Source: Dipteris shenzhenensis
Lineage: Eukaryota
Direction: 5' to 3' (one strand)
DNA: 64,000 bases
NCBI GenBank assembly: GCA_047967505.1
Contig: CM106538.1
The notes beneath the pieces are model-generated. The model had not been told where the DNA came from and ran no database searches. It saw nothing but the letters and a program-made list of their open reading frames with translations. The position numbers and the translations under genes were made by a program. Shown in pieces: positions 12,823-26,296 of this stretch; the first letter of the stretch is position 1; the number at the start of each line of letters is the position of its first letter.

Positions 12823-13136
12823 ATGACACATATGGGAGAATTGAGTAGACTCTAATTATGGAATTGTATTGACAATTTTTTGTATTTGAATGGTTTCAAT
12901 AGACAAGTGTTCTTAAGACATTTTAGAATCCATATGCTTTGAATGTTTTGAACATTTAGTTTTCCCCATTAATTTGTTGTTGGGGATGGTTATGAAGATG
13001 ATGTAGATGACGCATATGGGAGAATTGAGTAGACTCCAATTATGGAATTATATTGACAATTTTGTGATTTTGAATTGTTTCAATATACAAGTGTTCTTAA
13101 GACATTTGAGAATCCATATGCGTTGAATGTTTTGAA
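12808..13136 (+). repeat. ~180-bp tandem duplication at the 3' end of the MTase gene
   Basis: Unit ATGAAGATGA..GTAGATGAC..ATATGGGAGAATTGAGTAGACTC..GAATGTTTTGAA occurs at ~12808 and ~12992. Confidence 0.85.
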
Positions 13137-13529
13137 AAAGGAGGCATTTACTCTTTCCCATTAATTTGATGATATTTTTTGTTCTTTCAATACTTTATGT
13201 GATACCACAAAGTTTAACTTAAGAATTTTGATAAGGTTATGTTACTACACACAGGAATGAAAGTTGTATCATGTAGTTTTTCTATTGAAAATAAAAGGTC
13301 AAAGGAAGGAAAAAACTTAGAGACTTCTTGATTTTTCTAAATACATTGATATTGTGCTCTGTAGTCAAGGTCCTTCATAATTTGCGAGCATTATGTACCA
13401 AAATTGATACGATTTTAAAAGTTTTGAAAAATTCACTACACAAAATATGACCTTTTTTTGAAATTTTTATAATTTTAATGAATTTTTTAGGGAATCTTAA
13501 AACAAGTACCAATGTTACATACTTGAATT

Positions 13530-13544
13530 AGATGTTACACTGTT
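13530..13544 (-). repeat. Right terminal inverted repeat
   Basis: AGATGTTACACTGTT, the exact reverse complement of the left TIR, followed by TTGA. Confidence 0.85.
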
Positions 13545-15775
13545 TTGACTATTTTGTAATTGTGATGCATTACTTACAACCATGTAGTTGTGTATTTTTC
13601 TAATGTCATCGTTCTTTTTACAAGAATTTTATGGAGGAGGTTACTGGAAAAGAATTCCTATAAAACTTTGTACTGTAAAGAGTGTAGTGAAGAAGAGGGA
13701 TCTTCGTCAGTGTGCATTGTGGCATACAATATTGCAAGAGGTTGCACCTAGGAAATATTGTAGACCTATTAGAAGTTGTCCATGCATGTGATGCTGCAAG
13801 CATTAGTAGAGAAGGGTACGTAGTTGTATATAATGTCTTTGTAAAAGCACTTTGAGGTGAAGGTGTGAAGAATCTTTTGTTTCCAAGACCATTACATGTT
13901 AGAAATGTAAGAGAAAAATAAATTCTACTCTCCAAGATCTATTGTATGGGATTTATACACATTTCAGAAAGCATGATGTTGGAAGGCACAAACAAGACAA
14001 GGCCAAGAGAGTAGAAAGAAAGGTGAACAAGCTACCAAGGGGGCAGAGTGTAACAATGTCTTTTTGGATGTACACAACGTCCAAGCTGCAATGGTAGTGT
14101 TTTACAATATGGAATCATAGGGTAAGTGACATTTCTCTTGTTTATTTGAGTCGCAATTTCTTAAAGGTCTTTTTAAATAGTCTAAATCTTATAATTTTTA
14201 AGATTGTGAATAAAAGTTAGTATTTGTGATTAAGTTGGTTATCAAAGGCCATAAGTTAGAGAGGTTGAGTATTACTTTGATGAATGAAGCCCTTGAACAT
14301 GCCAAAAAAAGGGAAGTTAGAGAGGGCCACTTTTTTAGCTCTCATTTCCATAGGGTAGGCTAGGGCTTGGATGTGTTTTGATCACAAAACAAGTAGATGC
14401 TAATGCCCTACAATGTGGGTTTGGAGCTAGTAATGCCACTTGCACAAGGTCAAATTGACTGGATTTCTCTCCGTCTAGACCTTTGGCAAAGTCCTCTCAC
14501 TATGACATTATTACCCAAGCCTTGAGCTCTTAAACGGACCTGTTCGCCACCCTCAGTCCTTGAACCCATGAGTTGAACCATGGTGAGTTGGGATGTAGAT
14601 GGATTCCATGATTATGCAAGATAGGACCACAGCACTAGATTCTTCACTAGAATTGTAGAGCCCTTGTAAGGGGGCCCAATAGACAATCTTATGCTTCATG
14701 ATGAAAAACTCTCTATCATTGTTTGACATTGATTTGTGCTAATTGATGCCTTGACCATCATTTTAAATTGTTGTAGACTATTTGGAGCTCCTCTTGAAAT
14801 TTTCATAAGCTCATAAATGTTTTGTTTTATATTTGGATAGAAGAGTACTTCTCCTCAAAGATAGTGATGGTTTGTAACATAGTTTTTTCCCATCTTCTTG
14901 AAGGATTTTATACAATGATTGTTTCATCTCTTCTATCCAAATTTTCTTCCTTTGAAACTTCCTAATAAGCGCATGGATAAATAAATAGATTTGGGTATTC
15001 TATCAGAAATTGCATGTTGCAATTTCTTTCATGGAATTTCGAACTCTCGTATAATTTATGGTGTACATTCCAATTTGATACTACAATTTTATTCTAAAAA
15101 TGTAAATGTCTACAAGAATTTCATATATCATTGAATCAAATGGAGACATTTCAGAATCAATATTTCTAAATGCATGACGTACTCTTGTTTGTTCTTTATG
15201 GATAAAGACTTTGATATGTCTCATTTTTAAAATACCTGGAGACATAATTTTGTGCATGTGGACTTTGTTGGGGACTCCTCTCAAGGGGTTAAAGATATTG
15301 TGTGATTTGTTGGGTTCTCTTGGAGTCGGTCGGCTAGTCGTATGATCATGAGGTGGTTGCGAGGCTTTGATTGGTGGACCATGCAAGTATTTGGAGGCCG
15401 GCCAATGCATGCAGTATGTGTGGTGGTTCCTTGGTTGAGAGCAAGTAGTTTTTGAAGGTTCACGTGCGGCAACTAACTTCTCTCTCAAGCTGATCAATAT
15501 ATGAACCATGGAGGCAATTGGATCCATCTCTTTGTCAAGGCCGTCGAGCTTGTAGGAGTCGCAACTAGTAGTTGCTTATAGTTCTAGGTATAGGAGTCAT
15601 TTGCAGGTCTTGTAATAGCCAACAAACCCCGTAGGGTTGAGGCTCATTTTGTCAACAAATAATAGGAGGAGTCGAGTCGTTTTCATTGCAGTATTTCATC
15701 TTTTCTATATCACTCTTTTGATGCTATATGTGAAGAGTTGATCTCCAATTAGTTTGATGCTTTGAGAGACAACCG

Positions 15776-16790
15776 TGGTATCAAAGCTTGGTTGTTCTAG
15801 AGGATATGAGAGATTGAGGTTTTTTGGGTTCGAGTAGAGCTCGTCAAGTCCAATGAGCATAATTGCGCTGTGGAGATTTTTGGTGTTGTGTCTTCTTGCT
15901 ACGTGACAAGGAGATCAATAGGTCAACGGTCTACAAAATGCAAGGAGATAACTGTACCTCGTCATCTATGGAGCCAGTAAAGAAGGAGAAAGCTAATTCA
16001 ATCTTGAAGTTCAATGGGAAGAACTTCCCAAGTTGGCAGATGTCCACTAGGTTGTGGCTCATGTGTAAGAATTTGTGGGGGATAGTTTTTGGGAACAAGA
16101 AGAAGCCAACCAAGTCCGGACAGGATGTTGAGAAAGTTTCAATGTGGGAGCAAAAGAATGAGCGGGCTACTAGGAGGATGGGTCGAGCTCTTGGGTCAAA
16201 ATTTTTTCATCACCTAGATGTTTCTAAAACTGCAGCTGAGAACTGGACAACCCTAGAAGTTTAGTTCAATGTATGCATAAAGCATTCTAAAGCAATGTTG
16301 AAGCACGGACTCTACGATTTCAAGATGGACGATAGTGAGAGTCTTGGAATGCTTTTGAATAAAATGCAGGCACTCTGGAAGCAGCTGCAGGATCTAGGAT
16401 TCAGGGTTGAAGAGGATGACAAGAAAGCCATATAGTTGAAAAGTCTTCCCTCCAGGTTCAGTGAGTCTACACGTATTCTCAGGTTGGATGATGAAGCTAA
16501 CTTCATCGACTGCGTAGGACTACTTATGAGCAAGGAGAAGAGGGAGGAGAATCTATTTTCTGGTGATGCTGCATTTGATATGAATGATAAGAAGAATATG
16601 ACCAGAGACACCCTTGCATGTTATTACTGTGGCAAGCTTAGCCACATTGAGAGGTTTTGTGTCAAAAAGCAGAAGGATGAAGAGGCAAAAAAGGAAAAGC
16701 ACAAGGCATGTGTCATCGAGGAGTCTACTTCAGAGGAGTTGGCGGTTTAGTGAGTGATGACATGCCTGACCAAGACTGGGCGTTTTGATT
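15776..16790 (+). mobile_element. Degraded Copia-type gag remnant (possibly a gag-only element)
   Basis: tRNA-Met PBS TGGTATCAAAGC at 15776; KFNGKNFPSWQM..LWGIV; zinc knuckle CYYCGKLSHIERFC; ends DWAF*; no pol recognisable downstream. Confidence 0.75.
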
Positions 16791-18069
16791 TTTAAGATGG
16801 TTATGAGATTTGGCTATGATGCCAAACACTAAGCTTTGATGATTGGAAAAGATCATGAGATTGAGCTACGATGCTCAAGAGTGTTTTCTGTTGACTATGA
16901 TGTTCTTTGTCTCGTTAGGCTATTAAGCTTTGAATTTATGTGGCTGGTCTTTACAAACTATTCCTACAAACTATTTCCTACATTCTAAGGCCATTTAATA
17001 TTGTTTGCATTACCAATCTTTGTATGTATGTGTTCATGCTTATGAGCCCCCGTGGATTAGTAATCTTGAGTCTTAGCTTTTTTTAATCGAGTTAGGTGAA
17101 CACCACAACATTTCATGTTCTACTCATAAGTTGTTTTCACCTTCTAAATATTGTATGATTGCTCTATTGGCCTGTGTATTTGTGACATTGATTTTCAACC
17201 TAAGTAAAAACTTGGATGATACTTCTTTGGCACTTCATTGGCTCCCGTAGTGCATTGTTTGACATTCTATGAAAGCATTCTCCAAGTGGTGCCTTGGTGG
17301 AAATCGATAAGATCTTTTTCACCATTTGCATTCCTATTTTTTGATTTTGTATGGCTAAGGTTTTGGTGCAACATGGTTCTTTGATTTGCTTTTGCCCACT
17401 CTCATGTAATTGCACCTTTACACATAGTTCACTTCATGTTTTGCACTTGTCATGTTTGGTTTATTTATTATTCTACAACTTACAAGTGCCAATATGTCAT
17501 ATTTGGTACATCCCAGCCCACTAATTCACTTTGAAGTGTGCTGCTAGATGGTCCAAAAGTGCACATACGTAAGCTTTAAAAACTCATTTTACCTCTATAT
17601 ACTTAATTTCCTCTTTGGAGGCCTTCGCTATTGTTTAGGCTTTTGTATGATGAGAATATTGGTCATGTTCAAAAATTGATTGTTGCTTTTGTAAACATTC
17701 ATGTTTCTAATTACAAGTTTTCAGCTTTGATGATTACGTTTGGGAATCCATTTGTTGTTTAGTTACGTTGCAAAGAATCCATGCATATCATGAAAAATAA
17801 TCACCATTTTCAATTAATTATATTGGTGCAAATTATATTCGACTCCAAGTTGGCATGACTTGTTCCTTTCACATAAAGACACTTCGCCTAGAGATTTTAT
17901 ACCAAATCTAAATGGATTCACATCTTATTTCAATGTATTATCTATGTGATGTTTCCTTTTTAGTAATGTATTTGATACCATTGTTAGTTGCACTATGATG
18001 TATACACAACGATGCCAATCAATATATTGCCTTAAGAATCTTCTACTTTTAAAGTTATCCATTGGATGC

Positions 18070-18510
18070 CTTTCTTAGCTAGATTATATTATAGTGCTAC
18101 ATTGTAGAATTGGTAAGACTCTCGTATAGCTCATAGGCTTTGTTTCTAGAATGAGGATCTCCTTTGTTTTGTTTCGCAAATGGAGTATATGTGTGGTTTT
18201 GTTTGTACTCTACCTTAAACCTTCTATTTCAAGCCATCTTGTCATCATTAATATGTATTCTTGGAAGCATTATACACAAATTATGCTATATTAATATGCT
18301 GCCTTTTGTAACTTTTTCAGTAATGCTTTCTTAGCTCGACTATGTGTGGTAGAATGGGTCGTGCTCTCATATAGCTCGCAGCTTTGTTTCTAGAACAAGG
18401 ATCTCTTTTGTTTTGTTCCTCAATTGGAATATATGTGTGGCTTTGTTTGTACTCATACCTCAAGCCTTTTATTTCAAGTCACCTTATCATTAATATGCAT
18501 TCTTACAAGC
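18070..18510 (+). repeat. Diverged tandem duplication (~255-bp period)
   Basis: GCTTTGTTTCTAGAA..GGATCTC..TATATGTGTGG..TTTGTTTGTACTC occurs at ~18137 and ~18381. Confidence 0.75.
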
Positions 18511-20131
18511 AATAAAAGCTCTCATAAACCTGCACATAATTCAGAAGTTTCCTTTGCCATTAAAGAATTATTGGAATTTATCTTAGATATATAATAATTT
18601 TTAGATAAATGTATTACTTGTTAATATAATCATATGACCATCATGCCATTGATTTGTTGGTGAGATATGCTGTTGTATTAGATATTCTATCAAGGAAATG
18701 GATAGTACCGACATCTCTAAAAATATATCTCCCAACTACATTATTAGGCTCTGTTTTTTTTTTGGGGGGGGGGGGGGAGGGGGTAGTATAAAATATTTAC
18801 ATTTTGCTGCTACCCTGAGAAGCAAAATCATGGTTGTTACATGCATTGGCCTGAAACAAAAAAAAACATCATGCATCTGAAAAGCATACTACGGCATTTT
18901 GCCCCTCTGAAAACATCTTGCACTGAAGAGCATGTTTGCTCCCCCCAAAACCAAGATAGGGTGAGACCTACATAATTTATTGGTGCAGCTGAATATCCTG
19001 TAATATCAACTGATGAACTTTATCTTCAGTCTCTTTGACCTATGTCATTACTACATTTTTGAAAAAAGAACCCACAAGACCGGTTTGTGCGAACCGTTGC
19101 CAAAGAGGAGTCATTCCTAGCACTGTTCAATAATGTACCCTACACTGCACCAAAACTCTTCTAGTCAGTCTTCGCTACATCTCTCATTAGTATAGCTACC
19201 CAATTCAAAGGCTCCACACAAGGAAGCTTGATATCCTTCCACACACTGTTTGCTAGAGGACAGGCCACAAACAATTGAAAGAGTCGCAAACTTGGGCATC
19301 TCTTGCTGATTTACTGATCATTAAACCCCTCCAGACATTTCATGCAAGAGCAAGCATGTACATATACATCTGTACCTTCTTGAAGTAAAGTGCTCATTAT
19401 ACCCACATCGCGAGCACGTACGGTCAAAGGTCTTGGAGCATTCTGTTGTATTCCAAACCATAATGCTAACTGCAATAAGGCCAGTATAGAGTAGCACACA
19501 AAGCAAGCTGTCGAGTGCACAGCTATTAAACAGCCAAACACAAAGTGAGAATATAATAAGGGAGAATAAGAATCTCATGCATAAGCTTGTACAAGTCTGC
19601 AGCCATTACAAAAGATTCCATTGACAAACCTTGTTAATGGCCACCACATCCACGTCCAAACCTCCTCCAACAACTTGTCTTTGAGAAATGATAGCTGAAA
19701 CATTCACCTCAACTGACTGCTGAGCTTGCCTTACTTTTCTCATTCTTACCAACTTGCTTCTTCACTCCTTAGTGGTTAACTGCCATAGAAGATTCTAATC
19801 TTAAAGATGTCCAAATCACAAATACAAAGTGTAAAGCAAGACTCTAAACAAACTGGAAAGAACAAAATGGTTACTTACAAACACAATGTTCAGATTTCTC
19901 ACAAACCTGTTAGAGAATAAACATAGAATCCATGGAAGAAATTCAAAAATCGAGATTTTCTGTACTAATCTCAAACTTTTCTGTACTAATCACAAACCAT
20001 GCTATATGGGTGTGTATTAGGTGGAAGAAGCAGGATTTTGTTGATACAACAGTGGTCTTATTCAACATATATCAGGTACCCCACGAAATCACAATCTTGT
20101 GTCCAGATCTTCAAAGAAAGAAAAAGATACA

Positions 20132-20461
20132 TCAGTCTAGCATCTTTGTCCAGTCAAATGGATCCCACATCTTCTGAAATTCAATAGCTGACTTCTTTTG
20201 TTGATCATCAGACTGCTGCCTGCGCCCCCTGTGCATCTCTTCTTCTGGCAATTTCAGCATGCCAATGACCACATCTTGCCCAAACTGACTCTTAAAATCA
20301 TTCTCATTATCAATGACATGAACATAGCCAGCATGCAAACCAAACTCCACATGGAAGTATGGAAAATTTTTTGGAATACAGGCACGTAAGCCTTTTTTGC
20401 TTGTGTCAATCAACTTCTTAGCATTGTGCTGACTCCATTCATCCTCTGCCTCGTCAATTGC
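20132..20461 (-). CDS. CWF19L2: CwfJ-family spliceosome disassembly factor, last coding exon
   Basis: AIDEAEDEWSQHNAKKLIDTS..IPKNFPYFHVEFG..WDPFDWTKMLD* matches the plant CWF19L2 C-terminus; acceptor TTTGGACAG; phase 0. Confidence 0.93.
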   Translation of the reverse strand, partial: AIDEAEDEWSQHNAKKLIDTSKKGLRACIPKNFPYFHVEFGLHAGYVHVIDNENDFKSQFGQDVVIGMLKLPEEEMHRGRRQQSDDQQKKSAIEFQKMWDPFDWTKMLD

Positions 20462-21656
20462 CTGTCCAAATGACAAGGTGAGTCTTTAACACAGTTTAAA
20501 TGCTTAATTTTGCAATTTCAATGCCTATATGCTGACAATATTGCAAGAGCTCATATTGTTGCTAAGAATTATTTAAGTGACCTTTCAAAACCAAATCCCA
20601 CTTCAAAGCATACTCCAAACTCCTTGAAAGGTAACAATATCAAATCTTTCCAGTTTCCATCATTATCATCATTAATCTGTTTCAGGCCATGTGTTACCAT
20701 GGCATTCCAACTTAATCTATTATTACTAAAAGAATGTATATTTCAACAGGAGGAGGGGGCCAAAATGCCACTTGATTACTAGGCAAACTAAAGGGAGGCT
20801 TATCTGGCCACACCTTTTACCCTACTAGAAACAAAAATTCAAATCTATCAGGAGTCGCACTTCAACCCATCATAACATAGAGGCTTCAAAAAATCCTCCC
20901 ATAACACCTCAGACCACAATCATAATGTCTATCTGGCAAATCCCTATTGTCATCTACCAAGAGTCCAACTTAGGCCGAGAAACCTACATGGCTTCCAATG
21001 CCTTATTGCTCAGAAGTGGAGAAGACAGCAGCAAAGTACCTACAAGCGCAAACTCTGAAGAATCCAAAGGACATCCAAAAGAAAGGATAGAGCTCGAGTT
21101 GAAGGTGTTATTGCTTAAAAGACCAGAGTGCCCAGGAACAGCTGGAGGTGGGAAGCAATGATAAGAAAACCCTTGAGTTCAAGTCACAAAGGCAGAGATA
21201 ATAGCCTCGAAGGAAATCCATCTCTGCACAAACCCTCCCTCCAAAAGTTGTTAAAGCCAACGTCTCTACAATTGTTATCACCACATATTGCTACATCCTG
21301 CATACAGCTGAAAAAAAATAGTGAAACCTGCTAGACTGCCGTGCCCTTCACAAATTGCATAGGTAAAAACACAATGTGCACACACATATGAATTACTGCA
21401 ATGAATGCCAATCACTGGAGTCTGGCATAGAAGATGCAGACCCTAGCTGAGAAGGTGAGGGTGTGAGGAGATGCCACCTGATGGCTTCACATACAAGCTA
21501 GGGCCTCAAAACCCTCCTCTATGACACAAACACAGTGTGTCCAATCAGAAAGCATTAACACACATGCACGGATGCAATATTGAATCTGATTGGATGCCCT
21601 AATGGTGAGTGTGACACGTCGCATAGCACCTAGGTTAGATCAATAAAGGTGTAAGC

Positions 21657-23497
21657 GCACCTGAAAATTCAGCTAATAGACTCTAGAGCAGCTCTAACTA
21701 TTCAAAATTCACAGGAGGTCGAACAGGTGCATTTGAACCGGTCGAAAAGTCTGAGATCGTCATATGATAAAGTGGTCTACAAGAAGCTCTAGCAACTGGG
21801 TTAGTTTCAAACTATATGATTGCTTAGAAACCAATTGAGCTACAAGGAGAAGTGCCACAAGGACGTGAATTTATGGGACTTTTGATTGGTGACTCCTGTA
21901 ATTTATTGACTGCCTTGAGCCTCTCGGGCACCAAATTCTGGCCACGTGTGCAGGACTTGGGGAATTAAAATTCCTAGTGGGCCCTTGGAAATTGTAAATG
22001 TGCACCCAGTTACTAGGCAATTAATTCCTTGGACCAAAGTGTGCAACAGGGGGCCAAAAGAGTGGTGCAATTGAAAATTGCTATTTTGCGCACAGGACTC
22101 TAAAATCAGCACAAGACACATGTTTGGCATGCAGGAGGCCAAAAAGCAAGCAAAAAAGTCGAAATTTGCTTGCAGGACTGTTTTCTGGACCACAGAAGAA
22201 CAGGGAGAGGCAAGTCACAGGCTGGGAAAGTGCTCCATGGCTATTCTATCACATCACCTTCCTGATTTTTTACCACCAAGGCAGTCTGTGGGCTGCCAGG
22301 GCTGCCAGAAGCTCAAAAACGAAATTCGTTTTGGTGCCAAGAGCCTCCAGATCAGTTCGTTTTTGCTGCTTCCAGGCTGCACAGAGGCTGCTGCAGGCGC
22401 TGCGAGATCTTGTCTGGCTGAGCAGGAGCTTCTACAGGGATTTCGACCTATTTTTGGTTGCTTTTTGGGTTGTTGCTGCTGATTTTGGAGCTTTCAAGGC
22501 TTGGGCGTCTCTTTTTGAGCTGTCTTTGGGCTGTGCTAGGGCAGAATCAACTATAGTTTTTCAGGATCTAGGGTTAAGGTGACCTAATTTCTATGGATTC
22601 TGGGTAGAGGAAGGCTAGGTTTTTCCTGCTTTTGCCGTTCCCGGACTGGTTGCTGGTTGGTTTTTGCCTTTGAAATTGATTCAAGGGTTGGTTTTTGCTG
22701 TTGGGCAGGGGCCAGGAGGGCTACAAATAAGGGTGACTTGTTTGGAAGTGCTTGGTAGATTGATTGCACCATAATTTGGCTGTCTGGGGCTTTTTTGTAC
22801 TTGTTCAGTCGTGTCTGGCGAGTTGGGCACTAGGTTGTGCAGGTGCAGGAAGCGCACAGTCAGTTGATGCCTTCGGGGTTCTGTTGCACAATTGGATGGA
22901 AGGGAGATTGCAGGATTGCCTAGTGATTGGATGCCTATTCGCCATATAAGGTTGAGCAGGGATTGCAGGGTGTTCATGATATTGGAAGTCTGTGGGCAAT
23001 GGTTTGCCTATGGTGTAGCTTTCAGGAGACCTTGTAATCAGCCGCTTGGCTTTTTATGAATATTAAAGAAATACCGCAAGGGGCGCCAGCGTTTGGGGAC
23101 AATCGGTGTCCTTGTTTATGAGTAGGAGCACTCTAGCTCCTTGTGATTAAGTTGTGGTGATAAATTGTTTGGCTATTTACTATGTATGCTATAGTTAAAG
23201 TGGATCTCACCACCCTTTAATCTGTGAAGGCTGGTTTCAGTGGAGAAGCTCCAGCTTATGGTCCACACTCTACTGAGGTGGAAGAGCATACGAGAACTCA
23301 AATGGAAACACCTGAAAATCCAGGTGGAAGACCATACGGTAGCTCAGATGGAAACACACCTGAAAATCCAGCTAATAGACTCTACAGCAGCTCTAACTCT
23401 TCAAAATTCATAGAAGGTCGAACAGGTGCATCCGAACAAGTCCAAAAGTCTGAAATCACCATATGATGAAGTGGTCTACCAGAAGCTCTAGCAACTG
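21657..23497 (+). repeat. ~140-bp direct repeat pair (21657-21798 and 23357-23497)
   Basis: CACCTGAAAAT.CAGCTAATAGACTCTA..AGAAGCTCTAGCAACTG occurs at both sites. Confidence 0.8.
22430..23222 (+). repeat. Non-coding dispersed repeat, copy A
   Basis: Homologous in inverted orientation to 37266-38145, e.g. GGGGCGCCA..AATCGGTGTCCTTGTTT.TGAGTAGGAGCACTCTAGCTCC..CACCCTTTAA. Confidence 0.8.
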
Positions 23498-24639
23498 ATA
23501 TAGTACCTTGAATTGACAATAATGCTACTACATCCAGAACCAGCTAGACATTCCCAATCCATGGAAAGAGCTTTATTCAACGAAGACCAACCAGCGGAGA
23601 CCAACCGGCTATCCAAAAATTTCAGATTATTAATATTGAAACCAACAAATTGCTTCATTAACGCACAAAAAATAACTCTTTTCAGCTTATAACTACTATA
23701 TAGTAAAATCAGACTTAATGACAAAAACATGAGCAACAGAATCCGGCTCATGCATCATTAAATCAACTTTATAGAGTTACAGGAAAATAAGGACATAGAA
23801 GGAATAACTGTTTGTCTTTATTATCAGGATAAAGTTAACAAAATTTCGCCATAGGGCCCTTGAGGTCAGCGTCCAAGCTAATATGCCAACTGTGTATACA
23901 AAAAGTAATAGTGTGGCCCACATAATCCACGTCATATTGGTGTAGGGCCTCTTTTCTTGGTTATTATTTCTTAAGCAATAAATGTGTTGTTGAACCTCTC
24001 CAGTCCTTTTTCCATCATGACGAGCCTTTTGAGTTCTCAAACTCGTCAAATGCTTTTGAGAGATTCTCTATAAATTTAACTTTAAATTCAGCCCAAGAGA
24101 GAGGTGCTTCTAAAGTCCTCTTCAACTCTTGGAATCAAATACTCACATTATCATGCAAGTATGCTTACACAGCAGTCACAAGATGAATTTCCAAATAGCT
24201 CCGAACTAAAATGTGCATCCTAACAATTATTCAAGAGGAATCGAGAGAAAATGATGGATGCCCTGTGGCACAACGGGCATCACGATCTACTGTAAACATG
24301 CTGTTGTGCAGATATGTAACCATTTGGTTCATATAGATCACCTGAGCCATAAACTGAGACCCAAATTCTCTATCCAAAGGCAAGTCGAATCCACGACATT
24401 ATTAGTGCATGCATGCTCCAAATCCACATTGTCTACTACTACCTAAAGATTTGGCTCCACGGTCCACCTGGGAGAATAATTTTCTCAACAAGGTGAGCAC
24501 CAAACACGCAGAGTCAAGTCCTCATGCAAACAAGGATGAAACTATATTTTGGCTATTTTTCGCAAGATATCTGCTTACAACTCAGCGGCCTTTTAAACTG
24601 AAAACGTATTTGAGGCAGCTTGCTTTTTTTTCTAAGTGG

Positions 24640-25520
24640 GATGCATGGCATGAACGTAACTCTGTCCGTGCTCAAAAACTAAGTCCATTGTTTTGGATGC
24701 AACCTTTTGGGATAATGTTGGCCTATTGCTTCAGATCACAAAGCCTATTCTCATTATCTTGAGACTTCTTAATGGGGATGGCCCTTGTATTAGGAAGGTG
24801 TATGAAGGGTTGGATAGGATGATAGAGACTTAAGTCCATTGTTTTGGATGCAATCTTTTGGAATGATCATGCCACGAAGCCTATTGTCATTATGTTGAGA
24901 CTTCTTAATGGGGATGACCCTTGTATTGGCAAGGTGTATGAAGGGTTGGATAAGATGATTGAGACGATTCAAAGTCTAGATGCTTTGTATGGTTGGAGGA
25001 AGGAGGAGTTGAGGATGTGCAACCTCTCAGTGGACAAAATATCATTCTCCTTTGGAGGCTGCACTCTTTGTTTTGGATCCATAATTTCAAGGGAAAGGGC
25101 AAGAAGTGGATACAAAGGTGGTGCAGGGATGGGAGAGAATACTGAGACGACTTCTCTCAAATGTAGATGATAGAAAAAGTGCAAGAGTTGTCATATTACA
25201 AGCAAAGAAAAGGGTTGTTTGATTTGGAGGATGCATGAAATGATAAGTTTAAGATTTCCTTGGTTTGTTGGTGGGAGGACTATGGAGCGAATGCTCCATT
25301 ATTGCATTGTTTGTCCATTTGCATATTGAGCCAGGGTGCAAGCTCTTCACCTATTGAGCACTTGTGGAGCAATTTTGGAAACATTGCATCTTAAAAGAGG
25401 AACATGTGATGTTTGGGGAGAAGGGGGAGGGGGGGAGAGGAGCAGGCCTGGGGTTCAAAAGGGAAATAAGCTTGTATTGGTCAATGGAAACTTGCATTTG
25501 CTTAACAAGTTTAGGGAAAA
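24640..25520 (+). pseudogene. hAT transposase C-terminal remnant
   Basis: TKPIVIMLRLLNGDDPCIGKVYEG and WWEDYGANAP..ILSQGASSSPIEHLWS..KR (hAT dimerisation region); internal ~150-bp tandem duplication at 24680/24832. Confidence 0.8.
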
Positions 25521-26296
25521 ATATACTTCTAACCCTGACGTGGATGATGATAGTGATGCACCAGAGGATGATCCTCGGCATGAGGATGATGATGAGGCCC
25601 AAGATTATGATGATGAGACTAAGGAGGGGAAGCCTCTATCACTATGCCCCCTTCGGACCTCTAGGGCTGTCTCAGAGCGTTCTCGTTCCCTATTAACAAT
25701 GACCCAAACTTCCCTCTACCTTAGGAACACTCATTTTATTTCCTTGGCCATGTGGTGATCAATATTTGGTTCCCATAATTTAGTCAAGATGCATGAAGTC
25801 CTTAATGTGGGAAGAGGGTTATAGTAGATGTAGTGACATCCATAATTTTTTGAACCACTCTCATTAAGAAATGTAAGTTACCCGGAAGTCCGAATGCAGA
25901 TAACTATGCGGTCTTATTGGCTAAGGGCCTCACATGAAAAGAGTACGACACAACGGTAAAGAATGTAAATTTGGAGATTAAGGATACTTGGGCCATACTC
26001 TACAAAGGAATTATTTGAATAATTTAAATAGCTCCATTACTTTTGAGAAATATGGACACTTGATTCCTTCAAGATGAGCATAATATACACAACTCCTCTC
26101 ATTAGTTGTATGCAGGTGGAGCACAATGATGCCCATGCATTTTTTTTGTGAATTTTTTTAATTAATAAAAGCTCTTTGTATTCAGCTAAAGAGAAAAATG
26201 AAAAGGTTTGATTTTTGTTCTATGAGTTTATTGATGGTTTCCCTGAGCATCCTTCTAATGAGCAACATATTGTAAAATAGAATTAGTGCCAACAAC

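Larger units (their letters stand above)
4272..13544 (-). mobile_element. Complete TIR DNA transposon (Sola/DUF7869-like) carrying a ParB-DNA amino-methyltransferase cargo gene; decayed copy
   Basis: Perfect 15-bp TIR AACAGTGTAACATCT (4272-4286 and reverse complement 13530-13544), weaker inverted similarity continuing inward, and a 4-bp TSD TTGA (4268-4271, 13545-13548). Encloses a DDD transposase and a divergent second gene. Confidence 0.88.
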
